This document shows positions 58,493-64,000 of a stretch of DNA of 64,000 nt, one piece after another. Under the pieces are notes generated by a model. It worked only from the letters and a program-made list of their open reading frames with translations, ran no database searches and had not been told where the DNA came from. The stretch's first letter is position 1; each line of letters starts with the position of its first letter. The position numbers and the translations under genes are program-made. Origin of the DNA: an uncultured delta proteobacterium (GTDB taxonomy: Bacteria; Myxococcota; Myxococcia; Myxococcales; Anaeromyxobacteraceae); the NCBI GenBank assembly GCA_963814585.1, contig CAWFDF010000008.1:288001-352000 (forward strand), read 5' to 3'.

Positions 58493-60112
58493 ATGCCGAA
58501 GGACGTCAAGCAGCCCCTCACGGCGGCGCAGCTGCTGTCCATCCGCACCCAGCTGACCGCCGCCAGCGGCAGCCGGCGGCTCGATCTCATCCTCGGAGTG
58601 CCCAACCCGGGTGCGCTGGTCCGTGCGCTCCCCGCCGACGAGCTCTACTTCACCATTCGCGAGATCGGGCTGGCCGACGCCGTGGAGCTGGTCCAGCTGG
58701 CGTCGGCCGAGCAGTTCCGCGCCTTCATCGACCTGGACGCCTGGCGCCAGGGTCGGTTCGAGCCCCGCCGAGCGCTCCCCTGGTTGCGTGCTGCTCGCGC
58801 CGGCGCCCCCCGGGACAGCAGGCTGGCGGCCAGGCTGGCGCGCAAGATGCGGGCGCTCGACCGGGAGGTGGTCTACCTGCTGCTGCGCGACGCCGTCCGC
58901 ATCCACGACCTGAGGGTGAACGACGATCCGGACATCGTGGGCGACCAGGCGTGGAAGACCTCCGACGGCGCCTACCTCGTCGAGTTCGTCGTCGAGGGGA
59001 CGGAGTTCGTGGCCATCCGGGGCCTCCTCGACGATCTCGAGGCGGAGGATCCCTTCCTGTCCTCGCGCCTGCTCGGTGCGCTCGCCTGGGAGCTCCCCAG
59101 CGAGCTGGAGGAGACGGCCCTGCGCTGGCGCCAGGGACGGCTCGCCGACCTCGGCTTCCCGCCGCTGGAGGAGGCCCTCTCCTGGTACGCCCGGCCGCCC
59201 TCCCGCCCGTCCGAGGCGCCGGGCCAGCCGGGGCGGGTCCCGGGCTTCTTCCTGGCCCCGCTGGGCCACCAGTCGCTGCTGGCCCGCGCCGCGGCCACCC
59301 TCGACGCCGCCGAGCGAGACGCGCTCGACCTGCAGCTCGTCACGGCCGGGAACGCGGTGCTGGTGGCCGACGGCATCGACCCGGTCGATCTCGAGCAGGT
59401 CCGCGCCGCCGTGACCGGCGCGCGCGCCATGGTCGAGCTCGGCCTGGAGCGGCTGTCCGATGGCGACGAGGTCCGGGCTGCCGAGGCGCTGGCCACCACG
59501 CCGGTGAAGCGGCTCTTCCAGGAGGGCTTCGGGCGGATCCTGGAGCTGTCCTGGCGCGCCGAACGGCTCTTCAAGGCTGGCGGCGCGGGCCGGCGCCAGG
59601 CGCCGCTCCTGGATGCGCCGCTCGGCGAGCTGCTGTCCGCGCTCTCCTCCCGCCGCCCCCGCTTCCACCCCGGCATCGAACGCCCCCGCGAAGAGTGGGG
59701 CTCGCCCGCCGTCGCCGCGCTGGAGCCGCGCCGGTTCCTCACCGCCAGCGACCTGGCGCTGGCGGCCTCGGCCCTCGCGCTCAGCGAGGGGCTGGCGGCG
59801 GTGGCGCTCGACCTGGCGCTGGCCCCGACGAGCGCCGACGGGGAGGCGCCACGCCTGTCGGCCCTCTACCTGACCGCGCTGGCCAACGAGCGGCTGGGAC
59901 GGCGGTTCGAGCCGACGCCGGTCGCGGTGACCGACCTGCCCGTGGTGGCCGTGGCGCTGGGGCGGATCGAGGATCCGAGGCTCGCCTCGCGCGGCGAGCC
60001 GGGGGCGCTGCTGCTCGCGCTGGCCCGGCGGCAGGCGAAGGAGCTGGCGGCCACGCTCGACCGGGCCATGGCGAGTCCGGAGCTGGTCACCGAGCTCCTG
60101 GTTCGCCGCTGA
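58493..60112 (+). CDS. Conserved hypothetical protein (DUF6178-like)
   Basis: ELYFTIREIGLAD, FIDLDAW, SELEETALRWRQGRLADLGFP, N..LVAD, LFQEGF resemble a deltaproteobacterial DUF family (recalled, not searched). Confidence 0.65.
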   Translation: MPKDVKQPLTAAQLLSIRTQLTAASGSRRLDLILGVPNPGALVRALPADELYFTIREIGLADAVELVQLASAEQFRAFIDLDAWRQGRFEPRRALPWLRAARAGAPRDSRLAARLARKMRALDREVVYLLLRDAVRIHDLRVNDDPDIVGDQAWKTSDGAYLVEFVVEGTEFVAIRGLLDDLEAEDPFLSSRLLGALAWELPSELEETALRWRQGRLADLGFPPLEEALSWYARPPSRPSEAPGQPGRVPGFFLAPLGHQSLLARAAATLDAAERDALDLQLVTAGNAVLVADGIDPVDLEQVRAAVTGARAMVELGLERLSDGDEVRAAEALATTPVKRLFQEGFGRILELSWRAERLFKAGGAGRRQAPLLDAPLGELLSALSSRRPRFHPGIERPREEWGSPAVAALEPRRFLTASDLALAASALALSEGLAAVALDLALAPTSADGEAPRLSALYLTALANERLGRRFEPTPVAVTDLPVVAVALGRIEDPRLASRGEPGALLLALARRQAKELAATLDRAMASPELVTELLVRR

Positions 60113-60181
60113 CGACGAGGAAGCGCGCCGGTCCCGCTCTCGCGGCAGCCGGCGCGCATCGGGTTCGACCTGGAAGCCTGG

Positions 60182-60466
60182 CTACTTCTTGGGCTCGGCC
60201 GCGGCAGGCGCCGCCGCGGCAGGCGCCGCCGGGGCGGCCGGAGCGGGGGCGGCCTTGGCCGGCTCGGCCTTCTTCGCGGCCTTGTCGGCCTTCTTCTCGG
60301 CCTTCTTCTCCTTGTGCGTCTTCTTCTCCTCCTTGGCCGGGGCCGGGGCGGCCGGAGCTGCGGCCGGAGCGGCGGCCGGAGCTGCGGCCGGCTTGGTCTC
60401 CTCGGCGAAGGCCGGGGCGACGAAGGCGAAGGCGACGAGGGCGGCGACGATCTTGGCAAGCTGCAT
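60182..60466 (-). CDS. Small secreted Ala/Pro/Lys-rich low-complexity protein
   Basis: Strong AGGAGA RBS, signal peptide ending AFA, PAAA repeats around a Lys-rich core. Confidence 0.8.
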   Translation of the reverse strand: MQLAKIVAALVAFAFVAPAFAEETKPAAAPAAAPAAAPAAPAPAKEEKKTHKEKKAEKKADKAAKKAEPAKAAPAPAAPAAPAAAAPAAAEPKK

Positions 60467-60627
60467 GTGGTGTTCTCCTGGAGTCGGCCGCGTCGGCGGC
60501 CTGGTTCGTTCCCAGGTGGACGCGCCCTCCCCCGGATCTATTCACCGGGCGGAGTGGAGTCGGCGCTCGCCGTCCCCCCCGATCCCACGGCCGGCGGGTG
60601 GAGCGACGTGGGGCCCACCCTCCCCGG

Positions 60628-61098
60628 TCAGTGCCCCTCGTCCGCAGCGGGCTCGCCCGGGACCCCGAGCGAGAGCCCGCACTCCGGGCACTCGGCCCCG
60701 GTGGCCGACGCCGCGAAACGGTGGCCGCAGGCCGGGCAGGCGATCTCGCCACCCTGGTCGAGGTCCACGCCGGCGGCGCCGCGGGCTGCGGCCTCGCGGG
60801 CCCCGGCGTCGTCGAGCAGCGCCGCCCAGTCGCGCCCCAGGAAGACCCGGGCCGCCTCCAGCTCCGCCTCCGGGACGTAGAGGTTCCACCTGGGATGGTG
60901 CCGCTCCTGCGGCGTGGTTCCCGGCACCTTCTCCATCTCGGCCGACAGCCCCTGCTCCTCGAGGAGGGCTTGCAGCTCCCTCACCTGCGGGTAGGCGTTG
61001 CGGAGGAGCAGGCCGAGCCCCTCGCCCTTCGCCACACAGGTGACGCAGGCCCCGGCCTCGTCCAGCGGGGTGCCACACACCGTGCATTCACCGCCCAT
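60628..61098 (-). CDS. Hypothetical protein with two Cys4 zinc-ribbon-like modules
   Basis: CTVC..CVTC at the N-terminus; CPAC..CPEC at the C-terminus; [10 protein letters not shown]. Confidence 0.7.
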   Translation of the reverse strand: MGGECTVCGTPLDEAGACVTCVAKGEGLGLLLRNAYPQVRELQALLEEQGLSAEMEKVPGTTPQERHHPRWNLYVPEAELEAARVFLGRDWAALLDDAGAREAAARGAAGVDLDQGGEIACPACGHRFAASATGAECPECGLSLGVPGEPAADEGH

Positions 61099-61190
61099 GG
61101 CTGCCTCCTCGCGTGGCGCCGAGCATATCCCGTTCGCCCCCATCACGACCCCGCCCCGACGGGGCGGAAGGCAGCTATACTCCCCGCCCC

Positions 61191-62033
61191 ATGATCATCG
61201 ACGGCAAGGCGGTGGCCGCCCGGGTCCGGGCGGAGGTCGCGTCACAGGTGGCGGCCCTCAAGCTGAAGGGCGTGACCCCGGGACTGACGGTGGTCCGCGT
61301 CGGTGACGACCCCGCCTCGGCGGTCTACGTCCGCAACAAGATCAAGGCATGCGCCGAGACCGGCATCGTCTCGACCGAGCACCACCTGGCCGACACCACC
61401 ACGCAGGCGGACCTGCTCGCCCTCATCGGAAGGCTCAACCAGGACCCGGCCGTGCACGGCATCCTCGTCCAGCTTCCCTTGCCGAAGCAGATCACCGAGC
61501 AGGCGGTGCTGGAGGCGATCTCGCCGGCCAAGGACGCCGACGGCTTCCATCCCTTCAACGTCGGCTGCCTGTGGACCGGCAAGCCGGCGCCGCGCGCCTG
61601 CACGCCGTTCGGCGTGATGCGGCTGCTCGACGAGGCCGGCGTGGAGCTCAAGGGGAAGCACGCGGTGGTGGTGGGCCGCTCCAACATCGTCGGCAAGCCG
61701 CAGGCGGCCATGCTGCTGGAGCGCCACGCCACCGTCACCATCGCCCACTCCCGGACCCCCGACCTGGCCGCCGTGGTGGCCCGCGCCGACGTGGTCATCG
61801 CCGCCGTCGGCCGGGCGGAGCTCATCAAGGGGGCCTGGATCAAGCCCGGCGCCGTGGTGATCGACGTGGGGATGAACCGCGGCGCGGACGGCAAGCTGGT
61901 GGGCGACGTCGAGTTTGGCGAGGCGTCCAGGCGCGCCGCCGCCATCACCCCGGTCCCGGGAGGCGTCGGTCCCATGACCATCGCCATGCTGCTGGCCAAC
62001 ACGGTGGCGCTGGCGGCTCGGACCGTGCGGTGA
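61191..62033 (+). CDS. folD: Methylenetetrahydrofolate dehydrogenase / cyclohydrolase
   Basis: [46 protein letters not shown]. Confidence 0.98.
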   Translation: MIIDGKAVAARVRAEVASQVAALKLKGVTPGLTVVRVGDDPASAVYVRNKIKACAETGIVSTEHHLADTTTQADLLALIGRLNQDPAVHGILVQLPLPKQITEQAVLEAISPAKDADGFHPFNVGCLWTGKPAPRACTPFGVMRLLDEAGVELKGKHAVVVGRSNIVGKPQAAMLLERHATVTIAHSRTPDLAAVVARADVVIAAVGRAELIKGAWIKPGAVVIDVGMNRGADGKLVGDVEFGEASRRAAAITPVPGGVGPMTIAMLLANTVALAARTVR

Positions 62034-63139
62034 GGGTCCCGTGGTCCATCGCCTCGGCGCTCCTGATCGTCGCCGGAGGCTGCTCGGGCCGCGCCGGAAC
62101 AGGGACCCCGACCGCCCGTCTCGAGTCCACCAGGGCGCCGGTCGCCGGCCAGGCGGCCTCCGGCGCGCTGCGCGCGCTCCACCTGGGAGACTTCGGCGAG
62201 CAGACCCGCCAGCAGGCGGCCGTGGCCGCCGCCGTGTCGGCCGCTCACGCCCGGGCGAACTTCGCCGTGGCGATCTTCGCCGGCGACCTGATCTACCCGT
62301 GCGGGCTGGACGCGAGTGCGCCCGGAGCCGACGCGTGCGCCTTCGCCGCGGACGACAACGCCGTGGCCACGCCGCCGTCCGGCCCGCCGGATCCGGCCCC
62401 GGCCAGGCTCCACGGCGGGCCCCTGGCCGGGCTGCTGGCCAGCGGTCCGGTCCGCCCCGTGCTGGCGCTCGGCAACCACGACGTCTGGGCTCGCGGCCGC
62501 TGCGGCGTCCCGGGCCTGGATGCGGCGGTGGTGGCCCGGCGCAAGGCTTGCCTGGCCGTGGCCCACCGCTCGCCGCTCTGGTCGCTCCCGGCCCGCCACT
62601 ACCTCGTCGACGAGGGACCGGCCCGCCTCGTGGTGCTCGACTCCAACACCGTCTACCAGGACTACGCCGGCTTCACGCTCGACGCCGAGCTGGCCTTCCT
62701 CGCCGGGGCGCTGGAGGGCTGCGATCGGCTCGCCTGCTTCGTGGTCCTGCACCACCCGCCCACCACCGCGGGCTGGCACGAGGAGGACTTCGAGAAGCCG
62801 GAGCGGGCCGCTCGGATGGCCCGGCTGGAGGCCGTCGCCGGCGGCAGGGTCCGCGCCTGGCTGGCCGGTCACGACCACGACCTGCAGCACCTGCGGACCT
62901 CGGCCGGTGTCGACGTGATGGTCTCGGGCAACGGCGCCACCGCCCGCCCCCTGGAGCGCTTCTCCAGGACCTCGACCGGGGGCCAGCTGCTCTTCGCCTC
63001 CACGTCCTGGGGCTTCGGCGTGCTGACCGTGCGCGCCGACGGCTGGGACTATCGCTTCGAGGATGAAGGAGGGACGCCGCTCCACTGCTGCGCGGCCAGC
63101 GGCGCAGGCCGCTGTGAGCCGCTGCGCTGCGGCCCATGA
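62030..63139 (+). CDS. Lipoprotein metallophosphoesterase, purple-acid-phosphatase-like
   Basis: Lipobox-like AGGC; DFG, GDLIY, GNHD, VLHH, GHDH motifs. Confidence 0.85.
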   Translation: MRVPWSIASALLIVAGGCSGRAGTGTPTARLESTRAPVAGQAASGALRALHLGDFGEQTRQQAAVAAAVSAAHARANFAVAIFAGDLIYPCGLDASAPGADACAFAADDNAVATPPSGPPDPAPARLHGGPLAGLLASGPVRPVLALGNHDVWARGRCGVPGLDAAVVARRKACLAVAHRSPLWSLPARHYLVDEGPARLVVLDSNTVYQDYAGFTLDAELAFLAGALEGCDRLACFVVLHHPPTTAGWHEEDFEKPERAARMARLEAVAGGRVRAWLAGHDHDLQHLRTSAGVDVMVSGNGATARPLERFSRTSTGGQLLFASTSWGFGVLTVRADGWDYRFEDEGGTPLHCCAASGAGRCEPLRCGP

Positions 63140-63167
63140 GCGCAGGGCGGGATTCCTCAGTGTTCGC

Positions 63168-63195
63168 TTGATTCCCGGGTCGGCGCCGATACAAT
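63168..63195 (+). promoter_or_regulatory. Putative sigma70 promoter of gcvT
   Basis: TTGATT-N16-TACAAT. Confidence 0.55.
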
Positions 63196-63237
63196 CCGGC
63201 CCGCTTCTCCGTCCCCTCCAACCCAAGGCAATGCCCG

Positions 63238-64000
63238 ATGGCCCTCCGCACGCCGCTGTACGCCGCTCACCTCCGCCACGGCGCGCGCATGGTGGAGTTC
63301 GCCGGGTGGGACATGCCGGTCCAGTACGCCGGACTCATCGAGGAACACGAGGCGGTGCGCAACGCCGTCGGGCTCTTCGACGTCTCGCACATGGGCGAGG
63401 TGGTCTTCCGCGGCCCCGGGGCGCTGCCGGCGCTGCAGGCCATCTTCACCAACGACCTCGCCACGGTGGCCGATGGACAGGCGCAGTACGGCTGCCTCTG
63501 CCGGGAGACCGGCGGCATCGTGGACGACGTGGTGGTCTACCGCCGCTCGGCCGAGGACCTGCTGGTCTGCGTCAACGCTGCCAACCGGCAGAAGGACTTC
63601 GACTGGCTGGCGGCCCACGCGGTGGGCGCCGACGTCCGCAACGAGTCGGAGGCCTGGGGGCAGGTGGCGCTGCAGGGGCCGAAGGCCCTGGCGGTGCTGC
63701 GCCGGCTCACGCCCATCGACCTCGACGCCATCAAGACCTACCGTCACGCGCCGGGCGCGGTGGCTGGCATCACCTGCCTGGTGGCCCGGACCGGCTACAC
63801 CGGCGAGGACGGCTTCGAGCTCTTCTGCCCGGCCGGGCAGGCCGAGCGGCTCTGGGAGGCGCTCCTCGACGCCGGCCGGCCCGAGGGGATCCAGCCGGCC
63901 GGCCTGGGCTGCCGCGACACGCTCCGGCTGGAGATGGCCTACCGTCTCTACGGCTCGGACATGGACGACGACACCACCCCGCTGGAGGCCGGCCTGGCCT
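63238..64000 (+). CDS. gcvT: Glycine cleavage system T protein (truncated by the window end)
   Basis: Read directly from the sequence: MALRTPLY..MVEFAGWDMPVQY, GLFDVSHMG, ALQGP, RTGYTGEDGFE, GLGCRDTLRLE. Confidence 0.96.
   Translation, partial: MALRTPLYAAHLRHGARMVEFAGWDMPVQYAGLIEEHEAVRNAVGLFDVSHMGEVVFRGPGALPALQAIFTNDLATVADGQAQYGCLCRETGGIVDDVVVYRRSAEDLLVCVNAANRQKDFDWLAAHAVGADVRNESEAWGQVALQGPKALAVLRRLTPIDLDAIKTYRHAPGAVAGITCLVARTGYTGEDGFELFCPAGQAERLWEALLDAGRPEGIQPAGLGCRDTLRLEMAYRLYGSDMDDDTTPLEAGLA

Noticed and set aside
63140..63237. Glycine riboswitch upstream of gcvT
   Set aside because: The predicted promoter leaves only ~35 nt of leader, and no aptamer motifs are visible

Overview
Very GC-rich bacterial chromosomal segment. 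Gene content and order point to Myxococcota, Anaeromyxobacter-like; this is inferred from protein families, not from a database search. About 59 CDSs, mostly core housekeeping: queE, pyrD, rimI, a DnaJ/CbpA-type chaperone, plsB, a succinate/acetate CoA-transferase, a HisN-like phosphatase, ppa, cysK-cysE, uvrC, uvrB, csp, carD(cdnL)-ispDF-cysS, comEC, serA-hisZ-purA, accD-folC-AMIN-lptD, purM-purN, rpmB, folD and a partial gcvT. I saw no rRNA, tRNA, CRISPR array, transposase or prophage. At least six genes (TPR lipoprotein, hisZ, lptD, AMIN protein, cNMP phosphodiesterase, CHASE2 cyclase) carry frameshifts, several at C/G homopolymers; these are most likely assembly indel errors. The most notable observations are: (1) an MlaE/MlaF/MlaD-type MCE operon whose only ATPase has lost Walker A, Walker B, signature and H-loop residues, followed by a TPR-like lipoprotein; (2) a 179-bp non-coding rod-like element with perfect 23-bp terminal inverted repeats between convergent genes (MITE-like); (3) an orphan GspE/PilB ATPase translationally coupled to a Ycf46-like AAA ATPase; (4) a self-contained cyclase-CRP-phosphodiesterase cAMP module; (5) a recurring -10 hexamer 6-11 nt before start codons, suggesting frequent leaderless transcription.
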